A stretch of 40,896 nt of DNA, taken from positions 1 to 40,896 of the forward strand of contig JBDRIF010000068.1 of assembly GCA_043816125.1 (NCBI GenBank), given 5' to 3'. Under the pieces are notes generated by a model. That model saw nothing but the letters and a program-made list of their open reading frames with translations. It was not told the origin of the DNA and searched no databases. The DNA is from a bacterium. GTDB lineage: Bacteria; Margulisbacteria; WOR-1; O2-12-FULL-45-9. The position numbers were made by a program, and so were the translations under genes. Positions 12,647-21,154 of this stretch are shown here, piece after piece. Each line of letters opens with the position of its first letter. The stretch's first letter is position 1.

Positions 12647-14404
12647 TTAAGAAATATGCAACAAGTTTTTGAGCATGCGAGCTGTTGAATGGACTAATCC
12701 ATCAGTATTCAACGATTGACCTGCATTAACACCCAACATTCGCTTACGAATATCAACACCTAATGCTTTACCTAACTCAACACCCCATTGATCGAAACTA
12801 TTCAGCCCCCAAATAAAGCCTTTAACAGCCGTTCGATGTTCTGTCAAAGCTAAGAGAGCGCCAGTAACGAAGGGGGTCAATTCTTCAAAGATCATGGTGC
12901 TTGACGGTCTATTCCCGGTAAATATTTTGTGGGAAACAAGAGCCTCAGCTTTTTCCTGCGTTATTTTCCCTTTATCAACCTCTATTTGTAAGTCAGCTCT
13001 AACCTCAGCCTCGTTTTTTCCAAAAGCCAAAGCATCGGCCTGAGCAAGAACGTTAGCATTCAACTCATTTTGATGAGAAACAGCCTCTGCTGTATTTTTT
13101 CCTAACTCCGAACCAGGCTGTGCTTTTCTAAAAGCAATGAAATCAGCTGGAACTGTAACACCTTGGTGAAGCAACTGATAAAAAGAATGTTGACCATTTG
13201 TTCCGGCCTCACCAAAAACCGCTTCCCCAGTAAAGAAGCTTACAACACGTCCGAATAAATCGACCCGTTTGCCATTACTCTCCATCTCACCTTGTTGAGT
13301 ATATCCTGGAAATTTTGCCAATCGTTGAGAGTAAGGGAGTAGAGCACGAATTCTGAACCCAAGGAAATTTATATTTAAAACATCTACTAACGCAGAAAGA
13401 ACCGGAATATTTTTGCTAAATTCCGCGGTTCTAAAATGCTGATCCATCCATTCAGCACCACGTAGAATTTGCTCAAACTTTTCATACCCTAGAAAAAGAG
13501 AAAGAGGAACAGCTCCAACAGCAGAGGTCGCGCTATAACGTCCACCAACCCAATCCCAAAACCCAAACATGTTCGCTGTATCAATCCCAAAAGCTTCAAC
13601 CTTGTCCGCAGCAGTGGAAACAGCGATAAAATGGCTTCTGATTACTTCATCAGGTTTTTTTGTAGGGCCACTATGACTTAACTTACTAATCATCCAGGCT
13701 TTTGCAGTTTGCGCATTCATCATCGTCTCTGCAGTAGTGAAAGTTTTGGAAACAATAATAAACATAGTCTCTTCAGCATCAAGATCCTTTGTTTGCTTAG
13801 CAAAATCTGATCCATCTACGTTCGCTACAAATCTTAAGGTCATCCCCTTATCAGCATAAGCTTCACAAGCTTCAGCCAAGTAGGCAGGGCCTAAATATGA
13901 TCCCCCAATACCGATAGCAACAACATTTTTTATTTTCTTACCGCTAACACCAGTCCGAGTCCCATCATGAATTTCTTTTGAAAACTGCTTAACATCGGCC
14001 AAAACCTTCTTAACTCCAGGCATGACATCTTTTCCGTCAACCATAACAGGTAGGTCAGATGATTGTCTTAAGGCCGTGTGCAAAACAGCACGGTTTTCAG
14101 TAACGTTGATTTTTTCACCGTTAAACATAGCCTCGATCTTGCCTTTTAGACCGGCCGCATCAGCCAGTTTTAACAACAAACGCATAGTTGTGGAAGTCAC
14201 TAATTGGCGAGAGTAATCATATTCAACCGTAGTTCCTTCTGGAGACATTAATTCAACAGAGAGGTTATCGGATCTTTTCTGATCATTTTTAAAAGCCTCT
14301 CTTAACTTTAATGGGTTTATCCGTCTTGCCTGCGTATGCAGCCAAAGATTTCTCCAGGCACCTGTTTTATTTATCGGTCTGGGCATTGCTACTGATCCTT
14401 CCAT
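12647..14404 (-). CDS. pgi: glucose-6-phosphate isomerase
   Basis: Long-form PGI blocks are present (IGIGGSYLGP, VSKTFTTAETM, GGRYS, QQGEMESNGK). I chose the start at 14404 because AAGGAGG lies 5 nt upstream. The longer ORF to 14446 has no SD. Confidence 0.93.
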   Translation of the reverse strand: MEGSVAMPRPINKTGAWRNLWLHTQARRINPLKLREAFKNDQKRSDNLSVELMSPEGTTVEYDYSRQLVTSTTMRLLLKLADAAGLKGKIEAMFNGEKINVTENRAVLHTALRQSSDLPVMVDGKDVMPGVKKVLADVKQFSKEIHDGTRTGVSGKKIKNVVAIGIGGSYLGPAYLAEACEAYADKGMTLRFVANVDGSDFAKQTKDLDAEETMFIIVSKTFTTAETMMNAQTAKAWMISKLSHSGPTKKPDEVIRSHFIAVSTAADKVEAFGIDTANMFGFWDWVGGRYSATSAVGAVPLSLFLGYEKFEQILRGAEWMDQHFRTAEFSKNIPVLSALVDVLNINFLGFRIRALLPYSQRLAKFPGYTQQGEMESNGKRVDLFGRVVSFFTGEAVFGEAGTNGQHSFYQLLHQGVTVPADFIAFRKAQPGSELGKNTAEAVSHQNELNANVLAQADALAFGKNEAEVRADLQIEVDKGKITQEKAEALVSHKIFTGNRPSSTMIFEELTPFVTGALLALTEHRTAVKGFIWGLNSFDQWGVELGKALGVDIRKRMLGVNAGQSLNTDGLVHSTARMLKNLLHIS

Positions 14405-14498
14405 TTTTTCCTCCTTGCCCCGAGCATCGTCGAGGGGCTTATTCAACCTTTTTTATTTTACTACATCCATCACTCTCCCACTAGGGGAAGGTGAGGGG

Positions 14499-16148
14499 TT
14501 AACTAGGTAAACCTAATAACGCATCAAGCTCTTCGGACGCTTTAGCGGCAACTCCCAATGGTTGATCATGAGCTTCCTGATAATCCTTAATAATGGGTTC
14601 TGTCCCAGAAGGTCTCTTCAATACCCAAATTCCACCTTTCAAAACAACCTTAATACCATCACCGATAACCATTCGCTCAATATCACGGCCATTAACTTTT
14701 TTTCCATCTAATAGTCTATGGACCTCAGCTGGATCACTGGCCAAGGCTTTTAATCTCTTTTTCTTAGCATCAGTGGCAGGACTATCAACTCGATCATAGT
14801 TGAAGGTTCCATGTTTAGCGACTAATTCGCCATACAAAGTTCCGATATCCTTGCCTGTCGAAGCAATAATTTCCATCATTAGTAGTACAGCCACGATACC
14901 ATCCTTCTCCGTAACCCAAGTACTCCCATCCATTTGAGGCACACTAAAGCCAGCACTCTCTTCACCTGCCAAGACATAACGACCTTCGACTAGTCCTTTA
15001 ACATAATATTTAAAACCGACGTTCACTTCATGAACCGGCCGGCCTAAGGAATTAGCAATAGCATCCAACATATGAGAGGTTCCGATGGTTCTACCAATCC
15101 CCATGCTCTGATCAAATCCACGAGTTGTTGCCAGATGATGAAAAACAACACTGAGAATATGGTTAGGGTTGAGAATTCCAGTTGAATCTTCGCCACCGAA
15201 TCTATCAGCATCATTATCATTGGCTCCGACAAAAGGAACATTATGTTCTTTACGCATCCCATCAACAGCCTTCATAACATATGGAGAAGAAGGATCTCCC
15301 CTATGCACACCATCATGATCTATTGTACGATTTGCTCCTGCAGGATCTGGTTGAGCAAGCAGCTCGACAATGTTTGTCCCGTGTTCTGCATTTATTCTTT
15401 CATAATAGCCATGTGCCGATCCACCAAGAGAAGTGGCCGCGAATCTCCCTTCACGAACAGCTTCAATATTAACAACTAAAGGTAACTCAGCGACATATTG
15501 CCCCTGCAAGTCCTCTGTAACAACTAGTCCCGCGGCAACAGCCTCTTCCATTGACACTTGAGCAATCTCACTAGCATTTGGCAGTAATTGATTACTTCTT
15601 TCATCAATTTGTGCAGTTCTTGTGTTTGGACCACCATCCTGTCCATTCGATTTGATCCCGCCATTATCTGGAGCATTGTGAGAGGCAGTTACAATAATAC
15701 CTTCAGTTCCACTTTCTGCTTGTTTGTTTCCATTGATGATTCGTCGAGAGACAACTGGAGTAGGGACAGCTCGGCCATCAATATCAACAATCGAAGTGAC
15801 CCCATTAGCGGCCAAAACACCAATTGTAGTTACTCTTGCAAAATCAGAAAGAGCTCTAACATCATGACCGACAACGACTGAGCCTGCAGGTTTCCCTTTT
15901 AAATGAGAGAGAACATCAGGACCATAAGTCCCTCTTTCATTTCTAATATCAACTAAGGCTTGGGTCATAGAAGCAACCTGAGACCTGTTAAAGCCGGCAC
16001 CGGCTTTACCTCTGTGTCCAGAAGTCCCGTTCTTAACTTTATCTGTTTTAGCTCGCTTTTTCCCATAAAGATCGCGCATTTGTTTTCTGGTGATTAGCTC
16101 ATGCGACGCCAACTTCTGTCCTGCTCTTGGATGTATCGTTCTATTCAT
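14499..16148 (-). CDS. pgm: phosphoglucomutase (alpha-D-phosphohexomutase family)
   Basis: 549 aa with the active-site loop TASHNAPDNGGIK, the metal loop NDNDADRFG and an E. coli Pgm-like N-terminus (HPRAGQ). SD AAGGGGGAAAAG lies upstream. Confidence 0.9.
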   Translation of the reverse strand: MNRTIHPRAGQKLASHELITRKQMRDLYGKKRAKTDKVKNGTSGHRGKAGAGFNRSQVASMTQALVDIRNERGTYGPDVLSHLKGKPAGSVVVGHDVRALSDFARVTTIGVLAANGVTSIVDIDGRAVPTPVVSRRIINGNKQAESGTEGIIVTASHNAPDNGGIKSNGQDGGPNTRTAQIDERSNQLLPNASEIAQVSMEEAVAAGLVVTEDLQGQYVAELPLVVNIEAVREGRFAATSLGGSAHGYYERINAEHGTNIVELLAQPDPAGANRTIDHDGVHRGDPSSPYVMKAVDGMRKEHNVPFVGANDNDADRFGGEDSTGILNPNHILSVVFHHLATTRGFDQSMGIGRTIGTSHMLDAIANSLGRPVHEVNVGFKYYVKGLVEGRYVLAGEESAGFSVPQMDGSTWVTEKDGIVAVLLMMEIIASTGKDIGTLYGELVAKHGTFNYDRVDSPATDAKKKRLKALASDPAEVHRLLDGKKVNGRDIERMVIGDGIKVVLKGGIWVLKRPSGTEPIIKDYQEAHDQPLGVAAKASEELDALLGLPS

Positions 16149-16163
16149 TTTCTTTTCCCCCTT

Positions 16164-16195
16164 AAAATAAAAAAGCCCTAATTTCTTAGGGCTTT
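16164..16195 (-). terminator. intrinsic terminator ending the four-gene operon, about 15 nt upstream of the pgm SD
   Basis: On the minus strand, AAGCCCTAA-GAAA-TTAGGGCTT (a perfect 9-bp stem) is followed by TTTTTTATTTT. Confidence 0.65.
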
Positions 16196-16246
16196 AAAAG
16201 TCTCTATCTTTTTATCAGACACTTTTCTGAAAAATTTCAGTTATTT

Positions 16247-16852
16247 TCAATCTTTTGGATAATTTCCCGGATGCTGCCACTGTGATCGAACATCCCTTGT
16301 TTTATCAACAGAATCCAAATAAAGTGCGTGCTCTAGAGAAACATCAGCGCCAACCTCGGTCAGATCAAGCTCAACAACTTCGGCATCTCTAACTTCTGCT
16401 AAATATCGATCAACAGTAGAAATATTGTGTAACGCGGCAACAAAAACTAAAATCTTGTCCGTCACATCTTTCTGTACATCATATCTTTCAACCACAATAA
16501 ATCTGGCCTGAGTAGTCCCGGCAGAATGTTCAGCAAGACCCAGGACCGCTTCTTCCAAAGCCTCAATTAATTTCATCGGCTCCATTACTACCTCTCCAGG
16601 GGAGAGGTCAGATAAATCAAACTTGCTCAGCACCTGATCGAGCAAACGTTGACCCAATACATCACAGCGGATCTCCTGCAAAGGAAAAACGCTTAATAAC
16701 GGAATTAGGAATTGTTTAAACCCAGCCTTCAATGGGAACGGTTTCAAAGTGTTACTCATTCTCTGAAAAGGATGGCCCATCATTTTAGTGGTTGAAGCAC
16801 GTCCTTCGCCAACTTTTGGGGACCAGATAATTACTCTTGATACTGCGCTCAT
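16247..16852 (-). CDS. hypothetical acidic protein (orphan), last gene of the YvcK-like operon
   Basis: 201-aa ORF with SD GGAGGA 8 nt upstream of the ATG. It is co-directional with the upstream genes, and I recognised no family. Confidence 0.55.
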   Translation of the reverse strand: MSAVSRVIIWSPKVGEGRASTTKMMGHPFQRMSNTLKPFPLKAGFKQFLIPLLSVFPLQEIRCDVLGQRLLDQVLSKFDLSDLSPGEVVMEPMKLIEALEEAVLGLAEHSAGTTQARFIVVERYDVQKDVTDKILVFVAALHNISTVDRYLAEVRDAEVVELDLTEVGADVSLEHALYLDSVDKTRDVRSQWQHPGNYPKD

Positions 16853-16913
16853 AATTTTTTATCCTCCAAACTAGTTTCGCTAGATAAATCAGAAAATTTC
16901 ACTATAAATACTT

Positions 16914-18092
16914 TTAAGCAACCAAGCGCATCAGCTCATCTGCCAAAGTCTTAGCTTGATAATGGACAGCCACAACTTTAGCCAGGTCGTCTTTGTCATA
17001 AACTGGTTTAAGCAAAGAAGAAGTCTTTTCCAAATCCAAACCTGCTAGGTCTTGAGAAATGGGATGTAAACCAGGGGCTAATATTCCCGCCCATTCACCG
17101 ACAAAAACCCTTTGAAGATAATCGCCATCAACCGTGCTGGGGGAGGAGTCAAAGCGACGCAGAGTATCAATGACTTTTCCGGCCATCATCCCGGTTGTCA
17201 TACCAACAGTTTCCCTGTCTTCAGTCGGATTAGCAGTAAAAACCTTTACAGCCTTGGTATTGCTCCTAACGGCCTCTGCCATCCCTCTTATATATAATGT
17301 AGAAAGAATACTGGTATAGAAGCTCCCCATAGAAAAAACGATCATATCAGCGTTAGCTATTGCAGCTATCGCGTCCTTATGAAGCCGGGGAATAATAGGT
17401 GCGTCCAGGCAAGGATATGCCCAATCCAGATAAAATAGTTCCTTTATGGGTGAGGGCGATGTTTTCTCATGTGAAATAACATGCTGTTCAACAAGATTGG
17501 TCCCATCCTCCAGTTTAGCCGCCAACGTGAGACTTTCTGTCGTCGCCGGAATTACATCCCCCCGCACATTCGCCAGCTGATGATAAAGGAAAATTGCTGT
17601 TTCTAAACTCTGTCCATAGTCAAAATATGCGCCGGCTAAAAATAGGTTTCCAATACTGGCTTTGGCCAGGTCAAACAAGACTCGTTGTTCATGCTCAACA
17701 ATACGGCGCTCAGTCTCACATACATTGAGTTCTTTAAGCAAAATCCTGGTAAAAGCTTCATTATCAATAGCTTGAACTAGTCGATGATCCCCTTTTAATA
17801 TTGATTGCCATTCTCTTTCTAATTCCGCAGGCTCTTTATCAACAGGCAATCGATATTTAAGTAAAGCAGTTGACGCCTCATAAGCAGGAGACTCCCGATC
17901 AGCCAAGTCGATCAAACGACTGCGTAGATCTCCGATGGCCGGCAGTTTCTCAAACAACAATCTTAACTGTCTGGTGCTACCACCACTGTCAGAAACATTG
18001 ATAATATGAGCTGTATGACATTTGCGTCTGGCCATCTCTCTGGCAATTCCCCGCGCGCCTGAGCCACCTGTAATAAAAACTATATTAGCCAT
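16914..18092 (-). CDS. divergent YvcK/GlmR-CofD family (UPF0052) protein
   Basis: 392 aa with the family blocks in order: VFITGGSGARG, NVSDSGGSTRQLR, IGDLRSRL, SIGNLFLAG, NVRGDVIPAT, ADMIVFSMGSFYTSILS. SD GGGAGG lies upstream. There is an 8-nt overlap with the upstream ORF. Confidence 0.75.
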   Translation of the reverse strand: MANIVFITGGSGARGIAREMARRKCHTAHIINVSDSGGSTRQLRLLFEKLPAIGDLRSRLIDLADRESPAYEASTALLKYRLPVDKEPAELEREWQSILKGDHRLVQAIDNEAFTRILLKELNVCETERRIVEHEQRVLFDLAKASIGNLFLAGAYFDYGQSLETAIFLYHQLANVRGDVIPATTESLTLAAKLEDGTNLVEQHVISHEKTSPSPIKELFYLDWAYPCLDAPIIPRLHKDAIAAIANADMIVFSMGSFYTSILSTLYIRGMAEAVRSNTKAVKVFTANPTEDRETVGMTTGMMAGKVIDTLRRFDSSPSTVDGDYLQRVFVGEWAGILAPGLHPISQDLAGLDLEKTSSLLKPVYDKDDLAKVVAVHYQAKTLADELMRLVA

Positions 18093-18999
18093 TTTGCGCC
18101 TCCCGTTCCATTTGAACAGCCACCGCTATGACATGTAATTCCTTAACCCCTTTAAAAATGCGATCAGCAAGAATTGCCTGATGGACTCGCGGCGCTCGTT
18201 TTGCCACCACCGCCATAGACTGTTGTCCGTGCCTGATAAAATATTCAACAACCTGGCGCCGACTGGAATCTCGTAAAAATACCTGTTCGATCGGCTGCTG
18301 AGCCCGTTTAGCACGAGCTAATACAGCTTCGGCTCTTGCTCTGGCAATACAGCCATAAACTAATAATATGTCATGCCTCTCCTGGGACGAAAATGAGGTC
18401 AGGGGGGTAAAGGGCCTGTTTAGCAGTTGAGCCAATACACATTCACTAACACTAACACGCGGTTTTTGCGGCTCTTTCTTTTGCTTAGGTTCAGCAATTT
18501 TTATCCGACCTTCCTCCTCCTGATAACGAGCAATTGCTGTCTCAATATTGTCCAAGGCTACCCATTCGGCCAGCAACCGAATAACAACATTCCTTACCAA
18601 CTCTGGTCGTTCTGACACACCAACTATTGCCATAACCTCTTTCAATCCCATAACCTTATAATCACTGCCAAAGAGTAAGCTATATACGTTTCGACATTCC
18701 TCATCTCCACGATCAGCCAGGGCTTTTAATTCATCCTTTTTAAAGGGAGGATTAGTCTCAAAAAAGTGCACCACTTTAAGCACTCCCAATATCCTTGCTT
18801 CAACTTTCGCCACCGTCATCATCGGACTATTGACAGGGTGATTGGAAGTTCTTAAAAAGGAAAATCTTGATCGGAGATCCTGAAGTATTCGATCACAAAG
18901 CAAACTGACATCATTATTTTTGCGTAGATCGGACCGTTCAAGTCTTTTATCCCTGAGTTCTTGAATTTTGGGACCACGGATAGGAAAGGATACTCTCAT
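18085..18999 (-). CDS. hypothetical protein with two copies of a ~50-aa helical repeat shared with the upstream 682-aa protein
   Basis: 304-aa ORF that is translationally overlapped with the YvcK-like gene. Repeats lie at aa 69-127 and 248-295. No clear SD, so the start is uncertain. Confidence 0.55.
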   Translation of the reverse strand: MRVSFPIRGPKIQELRDKRLERSDLRKNNDVSLLCDRILQDLRSRFSFLRTSNHPVNSPMMTVAKVEARILGVLKVVHFFETNPPFKKDELKALADRGDEECRNVYSLLFGSDYKVMGLKEVMAIVGVSERPELVRNVVIRLLAEWVALDNIETAIARYQEEEGRIKIAEPKQKKEPQKPRVSVSECVLAQLLNRPFTPLTSFSSQERHDILLVYGCIARARAEAVLARAKRAQQPIEQVFLRDSSRRQVVEYFIRHGQQSMAVVAKRAPRVHQAILADRIFKGVKELHVIAVAVQMEREAQNG

Positions 19000-19041
19000 G
19001 GTAGTTATCTATCGGCTTGGTTTGGCTAAAATTTCACTTTC

Positions 19042-21090
19042 TTAGCTGCGACACGGGCTTACTTTCGCCTTCATTTCCGCAGCCAACGCTCTTACCTGTC
19101 CAATACCGGTAAAGAGATGACGATGGAATATCATGTTATATATTTTGCGGTGATTCCTTTTCAGGTCCAGGACCGAAATGTTTGGGTTGTCAAAAATAAA
19201 GAATTTAAGCACTTCTTTTTGCTGCGGTGTAAAACCAGCCCAAACCCCCTCAGTAATTTTTTCCTCTGCCGCTTTTATTATTTTGCGCTTTTCCACTTTT
19301 GCCGCTACTCTGGCCACTCTCATATTCCCAAACACTTCCGGATCATTAATCAGGGCTAAGATCTCTGGATGTTTCTGTTCAAGGTCATAAAAAGTCAATC
19401 GAGGATTATCCAAGAGATGCTTGATTACTCTTGATCTTTTCGCTGCAAGTTCATCTCTTGGCTCAGCAACTGGCTCTGCATCAGCCAAAACGTCTTCTTC
19501 AATTGGAGAGGGCTCAATAATATTAACATCCTCTAACTGCCCGGCACGTCGCCTTAAGTCCGCAATAACTTTGGCAGAAACCAATTTATCGGCAGCAGCT
19601 AAAGCATGCCCCTCAACAATACCATTGACCACAATATGCCCCCTTGGCCCATAAACCAGATTTTTAATCTTTCCGGCTGCGAAAACTTCATTTTTCCCGG
19701 CAGCCTCGTTTTCCTCAAAAAATCTAATTACAGCCATGACTTGCTTCGCCCGATGAATAACCCGCTCAATGCTTCTCCGATCTTCCGGGAGCACAATATC
19801 ATTCTCTCTGGGTTTGTAGGGATATCGGGCCTGGAGTTCTTCGATCAACATCAGGCAGTATTGTTTCGCATTGTCAGTCACCGGCGGGAGATCAGCCTCA
19901 GCCAAACAGAGCAAAAGTTCTGTTTCCAGTTTAGCTATTATTTTGCGGCATAGATTTAAATCTGTCATTCCAGCTACAGCTTTAGCTTGTTTGAGACCTG
20001 AAAATACTTTGTTTTCAAAAAGGAACTCCCCAATCACCGAAGATGATGCTTTGAGTTCGGCGGCTTTAATTCCCGGATGCTCTCTGACATGTCTGATGAC
20101 TCGCACCATTTGGCTAAGCCGACTGGCAAATCTACGCAGCCCTTGCAGATTACTAGGCAGTTGACGGCTATCTTTTGTCGAAGCTAAAAGAGGGTATCTA
20201 TCAAACAGGTTACTGGCAACCATCATGCAATAAATTTCAACCTCCGCCGGGTTCAGCTCATGAGCAATAGTAAAAGAGTTGGCTGCTCCGGCATACGTTC
20301 CCTCGCAAAATAAATCAAAGCCGGAATCAAAGAGAGGGGAACTAATCTGGGAAGTATCAATTTCTGACTGCCGCAAAAGTGAGCCGATTTGCCTGGCTTC
20401 GTCCATCTCTCCCTGTTCAATAAGGGAGATAAGGAGCCTGGGCATAATCCGGACATGATTGTCTACATCACTTTTTGCAGAGATCAGGCCTAGACGCAAC
20501 CGCACTTCTGAAACAGCATCCAGCGAATCGTAGAAATCATTGAGTTCCTTCCCATGCGGAGTAAGCTTCATCGCTGATAAGGCACAATTAACAGCCATTG
20601 ATATATTGCCCTCAAGCATATATTTTTCTGCAGCTGATAATAATCCGGCTTTTCTTGTTTTTCGCATGGCCGGAGACTCTTCTTTTGCCGGCCTACTGGG
20701 AGCTGCTGCAGAAATTGGTGGGGGCGGAGACGAATGAACAGGGACCACAACCTCAGGACTAATTTTTTGAGACAACTCAATAGCACCAGGATCATGGGGC
20801 TTAACTTCTAACGCCCGTTTAACGGCCAACCGGGCGCCCTGTATATCTTTATGCGTCCGAAGTTGACGACGTGCCCGTCCCATAAACAGTTCAAATACTC
20901 TATCTACTTCCGCATTTACTAACCGATTATTAGGATCCAACCTCTGGGCTAATGATAAAGCAGCCAAAGCCTCATTCGTCCTTCTGTTTGCCAAATGAGC
21001 TTTTGATTGAGCAAGCAAATCAAAAACAGATGTTTGTCTGTTGGGTGTACTAACAGGCTTTGGGCCGAGAGGAATACGAGTTTTCATCAT
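19042..21090 (-). CDS. hypothetical TPR-like protein with four C-terminal copies of the same ~50-aa helical repeat
   Basis: 682-aa ORF. TPR-like helices span aa 25-105 and about 150-300, with a Pro/Ala-rich linker at aa 111-140. Repeats lie at aa 328-377, 450-500, 552-598 and 624-672. Confidence 0.6.
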   Translation of the reverse strand: MMKTRIPLGPKPVSTPNRQTSVFDLLAQSKAHLANRRTNEALAALSLAQRLDPNNRLVNAEVDRVFELFMGRARRQLRTHKDIQGARLAVKRALEVKPHDPGAIELSQKISPEVVVPVHSSPPPPISAAAPSRPAKEESPAMRKTRKAGLLSAAEKYMLEGNISMAVNCALSAMKLTPHGKELNDFYDSLDAVSEVRLRLGLISAKSDVDNHVRIMPRLLISLIEQGEMDEARQIGSLLRQSEIDTSQISSPLFDSGFDLFCEGTYAGAANSFTIAHELNPAEVEIYCMMVASNLFDRYPLLASTKDSRQLPSNLQGLRRFASRLSQMVRVIRHVREHPGIKAAELKASSSVIGEFLFENKVFSGLKQAKAVAGMTDLNLCRKIIAKLETELLLCLAEADLPPVTDNAKQYCLMLIEELQARYPYKPRENDIVLPEDRRSIERVIHRAKQVMAVIRFFEENEAAGKNEVFAAGKIKNLVYGPRGHIVVNGIVEGHALAAADKLVSAKVIADLRRRAGQLEDVNIIEPSPIEEDVLADAEPVAEPRDELAAKRSRVIKHLLDNPRLTFYDLEQKHPEILALINDPEVFGNMRVARVAAKVEKRKIIKAAEEKITEGVWAGFTPQQKEVLKFFIFDNPNISVLDLKRNHRKIYNMIFHRHLFTGIGQVRALAAEMKAKVSPCRS

Positions 21091-21154
21091 AACGCTTCTT
21101 CGCTTACAATATCTGCAAATTTCACTTTTTCTTTAGATATGATAGTATTTACTT

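Noticed and set aside
14405-14446. 14-codon N-terminal extension of pgi (MNKPLDDARGKEEK)
   Set aside because: The internal ATG at 14404 is preceded by a perfect AAGGAGG with 5-nt spacing. The upstream ATG has no SD, and the extension is not PGI-like.
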